This document shows, one piece after another, positions 1 through 10,252 of a stretch of DNA of 64,000 nucleotides. The stretch lies in IMG/VR virus record IMGVR_UViG_3300031851_003771; one strand, 5' to 3'. The DNA comes from an uncultured virus (IMG/VR IMGVR_UViG_3300031851_003771) (Duplodnaviria; Heunggongvirae; Uroviricota; Caudoviricetes). Within the stretch, counting starts at the first letter, position 1. Each line of letters starts with the position of its first letter. Under the pieces are notes generated by a model, which worked only from the letters and a program-made list of their open reading frames with translations, searched no databases and was not told where the DNA came from. The position numbers were made by a program, and so were the translations under genes.

Positions 1-346
1 CTATGTGTCCATCTGTGTCAGTTATTTTCAATGCATCATCAATTTTAAAATTCCAATGTTGCTCATACTGTCTACGACTACGGAGTCCTGACTCTTCTTC
101 TGTTTGGCATCTACCACATTCATCACTCCATCTGCCTTCAAGCATATTCTTTCTAATTGCTTTCATCATATCTGTGTTTCTGGCTTCGACCATATTATCA
201 CGTCCGGCATTGTATGAAGAACCATCGGGCTTTCTAACTACACCTTGATTCTTGGTCACGTTTGCCTGACAGCAGACTCTAACATCACCGTTGTTACGCA
301 CTGCTTGGAATATCCAAGGTATGGGACAAAATGTGTTACTAGGCAT
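1..346 (-). CDS. N-terminal twitch-domain radical SAM protein (partial, runs off window; absent from ORF track)
   Basis: Manual translation from ATG at 346: MPSNTFCPIPW...GDVRVCC...ECGRCQTEEESGLRSRR, the same N-terminal pattern as the paralogs at 4193, 5649 and 10236. Confidence 0.85.
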   Translation of the reverse strand, partial: MPSNTFCPIPWIFQAVRNNGDVRVCCQANVTKNQGVVRKPDGSSYNAGRDNMVEARNTDMMKAIRKNMLEGRWSDECGRCQTEEESGLRSRRQYEQHWNFKIDDALKITDTDGHI

Positions 347-1460
347 TCAGTTCCTTTCGTAAATCTGTGTTTTCTGACTTCACAGTTTCTAATCCTTTAC
401 CGCACTTCTCAGCACACCTACGTATTCTTGGATTATGTTCATCCGTTGTTTTGTTATCTAAACTGCTGTGCAAGTCATTCCAGTAAGAGTGTTGGAATAT
501 TTGTTCTAATGATTTGTTATTGATATTGTTCCAATCTGTTCCGTGTTTGTCAACATAATACTGATAATCTTTCATTGCGAATCCTGTACCGCTACCATAC
601 TTGCCACTTAAATGACAACATTGCCATACTCTGCCATCATATTCTATCTGTATACTGTTGTCGGCTAACCAAGTACATTCAATTTCGCAATCATTAATAA
701 AGTCTGTAAACTTGCTTAATTGTTTTTCGATCTTGTTAACAAGTTTAGTTTGTGTTTTAGGTAATGATGAATATGTTGTTGCTTTATGTTTTTTACTTGA
801 TGATCCTTGTATAGATTTTTGAGTTCCTTGTATTTGTCTTATAGCTTTTTCTCTCCACCTTGTTTTCTTAATTGAGAACTTATGAAATCCTAAATCTTTA
901 GCTAGTCGTTTTGCTTGGTCTATTTGACTAGTGTTGTGTTCAAATTCTAAAAACTTCCACACAGGCGTACCTCCACCAGATATAAATGCTTTGGCATTCT
1001 CAATAACTTTATCAAATTTAACATTCCTTCTGTACTTGTCGTGTGTTTCGTTGTCTATTCCATCGATGCCAAATTTAACTTGATCTTTATTGGAGAAAGA
1101 CTCTGACGTTACCTTTCCTAATTCATACCAGTAATCTGTATTATGATATCCACCGTTAGTGTTTACTTCGAATTGTATTCCAGTAAACTCTCGTGCTATG
1201 TACTTCACAAACTGCATACTATCAGGATGTATTAGACTGTCACCAAAATTACCATCAAACTGTATTTTCTTAATATTGGGTAAAACAGTTTTATTGAAAA
1301 CACTTTTAAATATTTCAAATTTCATATTTCCTTCTGTGCCAAATTTTAGATTTGGATTTAAGTTAACACCATCAAGGTTTCTACTACAGTCCAAACACAT
1401 AGCCTGACAGTTACTTGTTATTTCAATCATTATTTCATTTATGTCTGATGTCTTTAACAT
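339..1460 (-). CDS. Radical SAM protein with C-terminal twitch/SPASM domain
   Basis: CQAMCLDC (CxxxCxxC), GNFGD, FGIDG; C-terminal C...WQCC...CAEKCG; likely start MLKTSD at 1460 (TAATG overlap with upstream stop). Confidence 0.88.
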   Translation of the reverse strand: MLKTSDINEIMIEITSNCQAMCLDCSRNLDGVNLNPNLKFGTEGNMKFEIFKSVFNKTVLPNIKKIQFDGNFGDSLIHPDSMQFVKYIAREFTGIQFEVNTNGGYHNTDYWYELGKVTSESFSNKDQVKFGIDGIDNETHDKYRRNVKFDKVIENAKAFISGGGTPVWKFLEFEHNTSQIDQAKRLAKDLGFHKFSIKKTRWREKAIRQIQGTQKSIQGSSSKKHKATTYSSLPKTQTKLVNKIEKQLSKFTDFINDCEIECTWLADNSIQIEYDGRVWQCCHLSGKYGSGTGFAMKDYQYYVDKHGTDWNNINNKSLEQIFQHSYWNDLHSSLDNKTTDEHNPRIRRCAEKCGKGLETVKSENTDLRKELNA

Positions 1461-2494
1461 TATAACTGATACTCCTGTTTCACACTGTCTGGTAGCCATT
1501 CTTTTGACGGCATCAGAGGATCATTAGGTCCATCCCATCGGTGACTTTTCATTATTAAAAAATCTATACCCAATTCCTTTGCAAATTCTTTTGCCTGTTC
1601 TACTTGATGTTCATTATGTTTAAAAACTATAAACATCCATTGATTTTTCTTGAATCCATATTCTACACCAAGTTTTATTGCTTCAATAACACTATCAAAG
1701 TCAATGTTGACTCTATAAATGTGTGCTGTATCTTTTAAACCGTCAACACCAAATACTACTCTATCATAATCAGGATCCATTACTTCATATAATTGTTTCC
1801 ACCATATTTTACTTTTTCTCGATCCATTGGTATGAAACTTGATTTCAATATCTTTGCTCTTTAATAAAGTTACTATTTCTAAAAACTCAGGATGGTATAT
1901 GCAATCACCAAAAGATCCAGTAAAGTCAAAATATCTAAAATGATGTTCGTTAATCATATCTTTAATAGTTTGCAAAGAAATGTCTTGTTTTGTCATTGTT
2001 CTGTAAGCAGGTTCACCATTGATTATTGTAGTTACTCTAGCACATCTTGGACATAATAAACTGCATCTATGTGTTACGTCTAACTGCATATTATCAGGTA
2101 CAACATACTTGCTTTGATACTCGACTTCAGATGTTTTATTATAAATTTTTTCTACTGTGTTTAAATATTTTTCTTTTCTAGTATCATAATTCGATGAATC
2201 TTTTGATCCACATATTTCATAACACTTGTCAGGGACTTTATCATTTTTTATTAAGTTTTGAAAGAATTCTTGATATTCTTTTTTATCAAACACTTTAACT
2301 AAAGATTTTGTATGATTGATATTAGTGTCATCGTGTGTTAACCAAGTCAGTTCTTTTTCGATACTATTATATCTGTGAAAGAAGCAACAAGGCCTTGCAT
2401 AACCATCGTGTGTAAGATAAACACCTTTAGGTTCTCCTTTTGCTAAACACTTCGGATAAACTTTTCTATTTTTTATCATCTTTATTTGTATCAT
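1460..2494 (-). CDS. Radical SAM protein with twitch module placed N-terminally
   Basis: N-terminal C...DGYARPCC...CYEICG, then CSLLCPRC, GSFGD, FGVDG. Confidence 0.85.
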   Translation of the reverse strand: MIQIKMIKNRKVYPKCLAKGEPKGVYLTHDGYARPCCFFHRYNSIEKELTWLTHDDTNINHTKSLVKVFDKKEYQEFFQNLIKNDKVPDKCYEICGSKDSSNYDTRKEKYLNTVEKIYNKTSEVEYQSKYVVPDNMQLDVTHRCSLLCPRCARVTTIINGEPAYRTMTKQDISLQTIKDMINEHHFRYFDFTGSFGDCIYHPEFLEIVTLLKSKDIEIKFHTNGSRKSKIWWKQLYEVMDPDYDRVVFGVDGLKDTAHIYRVNIDFDSVIEAIKLGVEYGFKKNQWMFIVFKHNEHQVEQAKEFAKELGIDFLIMKSHRWDGPNDPLMPSKEWLPDSVKQEYQL

Positions 2495-4193
2495 CTAGAG
2501 TTTTCGTATTTTCCTTACTGTAACCTCTCTCATCATCCACTTGAGTCGTGATAAACTTTCCTGGTTCTACTTCTTTGTAATATCTATAAATTCTTATATC
2601 TTTTTCACCAACAACCTTATTCTCACTATTATCGTCATAGTTTTCACTTGCAACAATATCGTTAACTTTAAATAATTTAGATTCATCAACTTTCATAGCA
2701 GAACCTTCACCAAATCCCGAACCACCTTGTGGGGGAGTAAGTCCGTGCGTTTTAGATACGTCACTATATTCTCCTGTAACAAGATTTTGCTCATTCCTAC
2801 GCATTTTTTCAAATATACCTGTTCCTAATTCTGTATGACACATCTGTTTACATTTTGATGGCTGTAAAGATCCATTAGGATCATCTGATCGTTGCCAGTC
2901 TTCTTCTAATAAATGACTGTACCAAGGACTTTCTAGTATTGACTTAACCGGGTTCGGATCATTTGGGTCTTGTGCATATAAACTATTGAAATCCATAGGC
3001 ACACCATTCTCTGGTCCGTGATGTACCATACTAGGTATTGGCCAATATTGTTTGTATGGATTTTTATCTGGTTCATAGTATTCAATACCACCCAACCAGT
3101 TACAAGGCCAAATTTTACCGTCGAAGCTAACATAGATTCTCGGCTCTGTCCTATTCTGACAAATAATTTTATGTTTCTTTGAAAAGTGATCTACACCTTT
3201 CACACCTTTGACACCATCAGCTCTCATACCTGCTAACATCTCTCTGTCAGGGTGTCTGTTCTTTCTTTCGTCATCGATATTGATAGTATGTTCACTAACA
3301 CCACCCATTTTCTTAACCATCTTGTGATCAGTTTTTATAACATCATCGGTTTGTTTTACTCTACCTGCATTAGTATCAAGTAAACCATCACTTTCGTCTC
3401 TTACTCTTTTTTCTTTTTCTTTAAGCATCTGCATTTCAGCTTCATCGGCTAATTGCTCTGCGTGACGTTTACCTAAACGTATTGGTAAAAATCTAAAACT
3501 CATCTTTTCAATAAATTCACTAAATCCCAGTTCTTTGGCCATATCTTTCGCTCTCTGTAACTGATGTGAATTATGATTGAAAGTAATAAACTGCCATCTT
3601 GCTCTACCGCCTGCATTAATAAATGCTTCCGTGTTTGCCATTAGTTTATCCCACTTGGCTCCTATACGATATAAGTGATTAGTGTCTTCTAGACCGTCTA
3701 TGCTGAATGTTACCCTACCACCATAGTAATTTTTAATATTGCCTTTCGATCCTCCAGGACCGTTAATAATCTCTGCGGCTTCTTTCCAAAATGCAGGATC
3801 TCTAGAACTGCCATTTGAGCTGAACGAAACGTTTTTCGTACCATTGTCTCTAAACCATCTTAAAATATCTAATGCATCAGGGTGTGCCGCTGGCTCACCG
3901 TAGTTACCACAACTTAAAAACCAGTGCAACTGTTTACAGAAGTCGGGTGGAAAAAATTTCTTGATATCTTCCAATGACATAATTCGTTTACCTGATGCTT
4001 CAATCTTTGGATTGTATGTTCTTCCACAACCTCCACAATACAAAAAACAAGTATTATTAAACTCTAGTTCTAATCGATCAACACGACCGTATTCAAACAT
4101 AGTACGACCTTGATCATCACGCCATAAGTCTGGTTTATCTGGTGACCTTGATCCTTTATCTGGTACCCAATCATAAAGTTCACTTTTTTCCAT
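2466..4193 (-). CDS. Radical SAM/twitch protein with charged insertion
   Basis: CFLYCGGC, GNYGEP, FSIDG; C-terminal CQN...WPCNW...CKQMC. Confidence 0.87.
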   Translation of the reverse strand: MEKSELYDWVPDKGSRSPDKPDLWRDDQGRTMFEYGRVDRLELEFNNTCFLYCGGCGRTYNPKIEASGKRIMSLEDIKKFFPPDFCKQLHWFLSCGNYGEPAAHPDALDILRWFRDNGTKNVSFSSNGSSRDPAFWKEAAEIINGPGGSKGNIKNYYGGRVTFSIDGLEDTNHLYRIGAKWDKLMANTEAFINAGGRARWQFITFNHNSHQLQRAKDMAKELGFSEFIEKMSFRFLPIRLGKRHAEQLADEAEMQMLKEKEKRVRDESDGLLDTNAGRVKQTDDVIKTDHKMVKKMGGVSEHTINIDDERKNRHPDREMLAGMRADGVKGVKGVDHFSKKHKIICQNRTEPRIYVSFDGKIWPCNWLGGIEYYEPDKNPYKQYWPIPSMVHHGPENGVPMDFNSLYAQDPNDPNPVKSILESPWYSHLLEEDWQRSDDPNGSLQPSKCKQMCHTELGTGIFEKMRRNEQNLVTGEYSDVSKTHGLTPPQGGSGFGEGSAMKVDESKLFKVNDIVASENYDDNSENKVVGEKDIRIYRYYKEVEPGKFITTQVDDERGYSKENTKTLDDTNKDDKK

Positions 4194-5662
4194 TACAGTC
4201 CTTCTCTTTTAACATATGTACTTATTTGAGGATAAAGTTTCTCAAAACTTTGATTCCTGTATTTGTCTTGTGTTCTTGTTACTTTTATGAACTCTGGAAA
4301 GTGTTCACTAAAATCATCAGCCCACATAAATTCCATCATTGTATCTAATCTGGTTTTGACTTTTTCATAAAGATGATGTTTGTTATTATCCCACGGCTGT
4401 CTACCATTCCACTCAGCTTTGTAATCAGTATTTGCAAACTGAAAGTCTTCTGGTAAACTATCAATCCAAGGTTTTAAATATTCTTTATCAAATTTATCAA
4501 ATTCATCTTGTACGTGTTGTTTTAATTCTTTTGGTAATGCTTTTACATTGAGATACGTTGGTGCTGACAAAGTATGAAAAGAAAAGAAAACACTATTAGC
4601 CATTCTATTGAATTTTACAAACTTATTTTCGATTTGCCATTTTATAAGATCGAGTATTTGTGTTGCATTTAAAATCTGCCAAGTAGCTGTACAAAAGAAA
4701 TTTATATTTGGGTTTGTATTTTGATCTAACCATTTTATATTTTCTTCAATCTTGTTCCATTTACTTGGGTATCTTATGTAATTGTTATATTCACCAACTG
4801 CATCAATACTTCCGCCTAGTGTTACTTGTTTAAAATTATGCCATACATTGATAGCTCTTCGAGGAATGTTAGTTAAATTAATATTATATTCTAATTCAAT
4901 GTCTTTTGCCATACCACTATCAATAATCTTTTCTAGCATATCATACATATTTTCTACCAAAGTAGGTTCACCTCCGGAGAAGTATATCTTTCTCGTAGAG
5001 TTTGAATTTTTATTAACCTCATTAAAAAACTTACTATCATCATACCAACTATAGATATCGTTCTTTAGTTTTATTTTTTTATTTTCTCTGAACATTTCGA
5101 CTCTAGTAAAATCAGAATTAAATCCTTTAAACATAGTATCAAACCATTCGTCATACCATTGTGTGCTTTCACTTGGATGGCACATTCTACATTTTAAATT
5201 GCAGAGATTACCAAGTCTAATGTCATATTCTAAAACTTCACTTTCGTGTAACATCAATTGTCCATCATCGTGGCAGTGACTTAATGCTTTCCAGTAGTCG
5301 TAATTGTATTTGTCATAGTACTCTATGGTAGCATTACGTCTACGGCTTGGCACACCTGCATCATCTTCTCTATTACATCTAACACACATATCGTGCCGCT
5401 CACCTTGAATCATTGATTTTCTTACATCTTTAAGAAGTGGTGAATTCCTAACTTCATCTATGGAATGAGTGTCTGCTCTCATAATATTGTCATTGTCATC
5501 TCGTAATATTCCTCTAGTCTTTTTACAGCTTCTTGCTTGTATACAAGATCTATATTCTCCGGAGTTATGCACACTAACCTGTCCCCAAGGAACTGGGCAC
5601 CAAGAATGGTTAATGTTCTTGACGTGTTTGTGATATAGTTCTTTGGCATCAGGCTTTATCAT
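4193..5662 (-). CDS. Twitch-domain radical SAM protein
   Basis: CPVPW...CVRC followed by CNLKCRMC, GGEP. Confidence 0.9.
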   Translation of the reverse strand: MIKPDAKELYHKHVKNINHSWCPVPWGQVSVHNSGEYRSCIQARSCKKTRGILRDDNDNIMRADTHSIDEVRNSPLLKDVRKSMIQGERHDMCVRCNREDDAGVPSRRRNATIEYYDKYNYDYWKALSHCHDDGQLMLHESEVLEYDIRLGNLCNLKCRMCHPSESTQWYDEWFDTMFKGFNSDFTRVEMFRENKKIKLKNDIYSWYDDSKFFNEVNKNSNSTRKIYFSGGEPTLVENMYDMLEKIIDSGMAKDIELEYNINLTNIPRRAINVWHNFKQVTLGGSIDAVGEYNNYIRYPSKWNKIEENIKWLDQNTNPNINFFCTATWQILNATQILDLIKWQIENKFVKFNRMANSVFFSFHTLSAPTYLNVKALPKELKQHVQDEFDKFDKEYLKPWIDSLPEDFQFANTDYKAEWNGRQPWDNNKHHLYEKVKTRLDTMMEFMWADDFSEHFPEFIKVTRTQDKYRNQSFEKLYPQISTYVKREGL

Positions 5663-6944
5663 AATCTAATAATACACCCTTCCAATTGGTTTGTCTAATG
5701 CTATCTAATTTGTCTAAATATTCTTTTGTGCGTTCCCAGTCATTGCTATTATCTTTACTGTTCATAAATGATATCAATGATTCTAGTTTTTTATATTTTT
5801 TTAAATCAACATCCGTATTTGTTTCTATCCATTTAAAGAATTCTGAATATTTTTTGATAACTTTCTGTTTTAACTCAGATGGTAAAACTGTTATGCTTAA
5901 TACGTCAGGTGAATGCAAAAAATGTAGTCCAATTAAACCCTGATTTTCAGGAAACTTGTTTATGTTTTTATATGGAGATTGCAGTTTCCATTTAATTAAG
6001 TCCGGAATATGGAATACATTTAACACTGACACTGTGCAGTCTATTGTGACTTTTACGTTGTCTGGCATAGTGTTCCAATAATCCAACTTTTGTAGATAAT
6101 CTTGCCAAGTACTTGGATATCTTATTAAGTCGTTATAAGCACCTACACCGTCCATAGAAAGGTGGATTAAAGCTGTTTTAAAGCGTCTGTAAAGCGGTTT
6201 AAGTTCATCTGCAGTAGTTTGGCCGTTAGTATTAAACCGAAGGTTTATACGGTGGCTATGACCCGTTTTAACACACATTTCTAAAAAGGATTTGAACTCA
6301 GAATTGATAGTTGGTTCACCGCCGATAATATATAGGTTTTCTACATTATCCAATTTATCTTCTAAATCTTTCCAAAAAACGCTATCCATTTTATACCAAT
6401 TGAGTTTACCTTCACCTTTACGCCAGTGTATCTCATTTTTAGTATCTTGAGACATACTAGAATCCATTAACTTGTTATAATCTGGTATCCACTTTGAGCT
6501 GTCTGCTGGGTTACACATCAAACAGGCAAGATCGCATTTGTTACCTAATTTCATATCAATATATTTGATGTCAAAAGGTGCAGTTCCGTCAGGTTCTACT
6601 CGCTCAAGTATTTCGTCGAATGATATTCTCTCTGACCACTCTTCATTTTCCCATTGTCTTTTTGATCTGTATCCTGATGCTTCTTCTTTGAAACAAGCTC
6701 TGCATTCTTTAGGTGCTTTGCCTTCCATAAATTTTTTACGAATGTTTTTATAGTAATCAGTATTCCAGTATTCAGATGGTCTGTCTTCATTAACATATAC
6801 AAATTCTCCTGTGTCTTTTCTGTTATGTCCTATACTTCTATAATCTTCTGCACTACCACTATTGGCGTGGCAACACAGTTGCATTGCACCATTCGTTCTT
6901 GTACTGAGATGCATAAATGGTAGTATGCAAAATTTATTCTTCAT
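5649..6944 (-). CDS. Twitch-domain radical SAM protein
   Basis: CILPF...LCC...CRAC followed by CDLACLMC, GGEP. Confidence 0.9.
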   Translation of the reverse strand: MKNKFCILPFMHLSTRTNGAMQLCCHANSGSAEDYRSIGHNRKDTGEFVYVNEDRPSEYWNTDYYKNIRKKFMEGKAPKECRACFKEEASGYRSKRQWENEEWSERISFDEILERVEPDGTAPFDIKYIDMKLGNKCDLACLMCNPADSSKWIPDYNKLMDSSMSQDTKNEIHWRKGEGKLNWYKMDSVFWKDLEDKLDNVENLYIIGGEPTINSEFKSFLEMCVKTGHSHRINLRFNTNGQTTADELKPLYRRFKTALIHLSMDGVGAYNDLIRYPSTWQDYLQKLDYWNTMPDNVKVTIDCTVSVLNVFHIPDLIKWKLQSPYKNINKFPENQGLIGLHFLHSPDVLSITVLPSELKQKVIKKYSEFFKWIETNTDVDLKKYKKLESLISFMNSKDNSNDWERTKEYLDKLDSIRQTNWKGVLLDYDKA

Positions 6945-9030
6945 ATTCTAGTAGTTCTTTGAACAACGGACTCAACGTTGTGATATCTGTTTTCTTTGCC
7001 TTATCAAAAGTCATAGTTCTTACTTTAAAAATTTTTAACTTTTTGTATTCATATTCTTCAAAATCAGTAACATATTTGATCATTGAACTAATATTATTCT
7101 GCAATCTTTGATTACTGTGATCTTTGAAATCATTCTGTACGTCGAGCAGGTCGTTAACAACTACTTCACGAAACTTCTGCGGTAACGCACCAAAAGTTAA
7201 TCCGGTAGGACCTGTGATCGCTAACATTGATATACCCCATCGTTTTATCTTCATCTCATCATAGAAGAATGTCAGCATCTCTGGTAACCAATCTTTTACC
7301 GTAAAAGCGTTGGTTGGTTGGAATACACAGTTTAATCCAAATCTAAATTTCTTGTTACCTTCAAATCGATCAGAAAATTCTAACATATTTTCTTTGATCT
7401 TGCTCCAACGAGCTGGCTTTCTAATATATTCATAAGTTGGTCCTGTTGCATCTATACTAGCTTGTATTTTTATTTGTTTGAACTTTTCAATTAATTCGTA
7501 TGTAGCATTTAAGTTAGTGAAGTTTGTTGTCATACCTAACTCAATATTTTTAGCATAATCATTATCAACACAGTAGTTAAATGCATCGTGTACTTTTTTA
7601 TTAATTGTAGGTTCGCCACCTAACACTTTTAGTTTTAAAGTATCTTCATTAATCAACTTGTCTTTTAAGATCTTATCCTGAGACGTCTGATCAAAACTGT
7701 AATCTTTTTGATTTCTAAAGACACCTGGAAACTGCTTGTAAATCTTTTCAACTAGGTTACTGTTACTCGGTGAACACATTGTACACATAAGATTACATAA
7801 GTTATCTGGCCTATAATCAATGTATTGCGGTTTCTCTTTATCATTACCTGTTATGATATTAGGTTGTACTAAAGGTAAGTCATCATACCCCGGCCTATCA
7901 CTTTCTATACCGTTCTTTTCTTGCCATTCACACACGTGACAGTCGGAAGGAAACTTACCGTCTATGAAACTTTGTCTAAACTTCTTTGCATAATCAGACT
8001 TCCACCAATCATCTATAGAGTCATAGTTGTCTAATTTTACTCTTTTTTCTTGAGCACAACAAAATGCTATTTCATTAGTACTTCCTTTGTAGTAGATACT
8101 AGTAAAAGGTGCTTTGCATAACGCCGGATCTGATTTTGTTTGTCTTTGCTTTTTGATTGCTTCACGTATTCCAACTTTACTGTATACTTGATCAATAAGA
8201 TAATCATTATACTGATCGTGTTTTTCATCAAGCATTGCAATCATCATACAGTGAGTTTGAATCAAACCGTTCATAATACAAACGTGTTCGTACATATTAC
8301 TATATTTTTCTGGTATGAAGTCAGCACTAAACTTTTTCATTTGCCATATTCCAACTTGTGCGGCACCCAGAGGTAAATGATTGTAATTGTTCTGTTGTCT
8401 TATCGGTAAATCATCATCATAGTTTGAATATCTTATACCCGATCGTATGTTGCCTAGCCCTATTCCTTTGGTCAAACTAAAACATACTTCTGTAATGGAA
8501 GGATGATATACGTCTATTGTTAGATCTCTACAAGTTCCAAACCACGCACAGTCTAAGAGTAAAGGAATATTTTTTTCTAAGCAATCATTTTGTAAGTTTT
8601 CAAAGTGCGGAGGTACTGATCCATTACCACAAAAAGGATAACTTGTGATCACCCAATCGTTATCTTCAAGTGGAATGTAATTTCCGTTTTCATCATCGAG
8701 GAATACAAAATCTTTCACGACACGTTTATGATATCCGTATTCACCTCTTAAAATCCTTAATCTTCTATTTGAATATCTATAATATGCTTCATCAAATGCC
8801 TGTGTTGTTCCATTGATCATATCTCTGTGTTGGAATCTTGTTAGTCCTTTGACTGTAGTCATTTTTGCATTCATAATCCAGTTATGTATGTCTGCTAGAT
8901 ATTGGTGTCGTACTTCAAAGTACCCAGGTTTACTCAACCATTCTTTCCAAGGAGCTTCGGCAAGATGTTTCTGAAACTCAGGATCATAGATAGCACTATG
9001 TTTTGTTTGAAATAAGTTTTTATCAAGCAT
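6934..9030 (-). CDS. Fusion of a PLP-dependent transferase-like domain and a twitch radical SAM domain
   Basis: N-half GTTQAFD, LDCAW, FSLTKG..RSG (fold-type I PLP-like); C-half CKAPF...CC...CHVC, CNLMCTMC, GGEP. Confidence 0.8.
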   Translation of the reverse strand: MLDKNLFQTKHSAIYDPEFQKHLAEAPWKEWLSKPGYFEVRHQYLADIHNWIMNAKMTTVKGLTRFQHRDMINGTTQAFDEAYYRYSNRRLRILRGEYGYHKRVVKDFVFLDDENGNYIPLEDNDWVITSYPFCGNGSVPPHFENLQNDCLEKNIPLLLDCAWFGTCRDLTIDVYHPSITEVCFSLTKGIGLGNIRSGIRYSNYDDDLPIRQQNNYNHLPLGAAQVGIWQMKKFSADFIPEKYSNMYEHVCIMNGLIQTHCMMIAMLDEKHDQYNDYLIDQVYSKVGIREAIKKQRQTKSDPALCKAPFTSIYYKGSTNEIAFCCAQEKRVKLDNYDSIDDWWKSDYAKKFRQSFIDGKFPSDCHVCEWQEKNGIESDRPGYDDLPLVQPNIITGNDKEKPQYIDYRPDNLCNLMCTMCSPSNSNLVEKIYKQFPGVFRNQKDYSFDQTSQDKILKDKLINEDTLKLKVLGGEPTINKKVHDAFNYCVDNDYAKNIELGMTTNFTNLNATYELIEKFKQIKIQASIDATGPTYEYIRKPARWSKIKENMLEFSDRFEGNKKFRFGLNCVFQPTNAFTVKDWLPEMLTFFYDEMKIKRWGISMLAITGPTGLTFGALPQKFREVVVNDLLDVQNDFKDHSNQRLQNNISSMIKYVTDFEEYEYKKLKIFKVRTMTFDKAKKTDITTLSPLFKELLEYEE

Positions 9031-10252
9031 ACTTTTTAAATAACCCTTCTAACCACTCTACTGTCATTGGTTCTAAATAATCTTTATAATTTTGATTACG
9101 CACTGTGTCGATACTAGTAATTGATTTTACAATTTCAATGTTGTCATCATCTGTGGGCTGGTAATCTTTTTTAATCAATCTTTCAAGATGTAATTTTAAT
9201 ACGTGACTGTTATTATTTCTTTTAATTTTGTTGTTTGCATATTGTAATATATGAAGTGGTACAAAGTTTAAGCTGTTGTAGGTGTTTTCTGGTCTTAGAA
9301 ATGTATTAACAAATATCGATCCTGAGTTGTGACCTTCAAAGTATGGATCAAAGAACCGTTGTAGTTTATCAAGATTTTCTATGTTATACATCTGCGGAAG
9401 TGTTGATATTGAGAATGACACCTTTCCTTGTGCAATGTCATTTATCCTTTCAGCAAACTTGTTCCAATTAAATGGATATCTGATATAATCATAGACTTTA
9501 TCGTACCCATCACAACTAATGTTAAGATGAACATCTTTAAAATGTTCAATTTTCTCTAGAAACTTTTTATTAAATTTAGTGCCATTCGTAGTGATATTCA
9601 GTTGTAAGTTTTTTGCATATCCTTCATCTATACAAATTTCAAATAGCTTTAGAACTTCAGGTGAAATAGTTGGTTCTCCACCAGTTAGTTTAAGCACTTT
9701 TAACTGCGGTAATAAACTATAGACTTCATCGATTATATGTTTAGGAGCTACCTTAATTCCTTTTTCGTTCATCATCGATTCGTGTATAGGACTTCTTTCC
9801 CAATTTGCTGGCAAAGGGAGATTTCTTTCTTGAAGTCCATTAACGTCTTTAAGAATTAAGTTCGAATTAGTGTAATCGCACATTCTACAGGCCAAATTAC
9901 ATTCGTTGCTTAACTTAAGATCTAGGTATTGTATCTGTGGATTATGTACATCAACTAGATGTGAATATTTCTCCTCATACCTTGTTCTAATACTTTTTCC
10001 GGAAGTTTCTTCATCTCTCCAACAGACGTCACACGCAGAATTTTTCACTCCTGATAACAGGTCAGATCGTAACTGTTCCATTGCTTCACCATCGAACCAT
10101 TTCTGATGATTTACGTCACTAGTGAAATAGTTATTTTTTTTAAAATCTTTACTACGATAGAAAGAATTACAGCAAGGCTTCCAATGGCCATTGACTGATG
10201 CGTGAGAATGCATAAATGGCAGTGGACAAAATGTTTTAGATCGTTCCGCCAT
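9023..10252 (-). CDS. Twitch-domain radical SAM protein
   Basis: CPLPF...PCC...CDVC; CNLACRMC; GGEP. Confidence 0.9.
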   Translation of the reverse strand: MAERSKTFCPLPFMHSHASVNGHWKPCCNSFYRSKDFKKNNYFTSDVNHQKWFDGEAMEQLRSDLLSGVKNSACDVCWRDEETSGKSIRTRYEEKYSHLVDVHNPQIQYLDLKLSNECNLACRMCDYTNSNLILKDVNGLQERNLPLPANWERSPIHESMMNEKGIKVAPKHIIDEVYSLLPQLKVLKLTGGEPTISPEVLKLFEICIDEGYAKNLQLNITTNGTKFNKKFLEKIEHFKDVHLNISCDGYDKVYDYIRYPFNWNKFAERINDIAQGKVSFSISTLPQMYNIENLDKLQRFFDPYFEGHNSGSIFVNTFLRPENTYNSLNFVPLHILQYANNKIKRNNNSHVLKLHLERLIKKDYQPTDDDNIEIVKSITSIDTVRNQNYKDYLEPMTVEWLEGLFKKYA

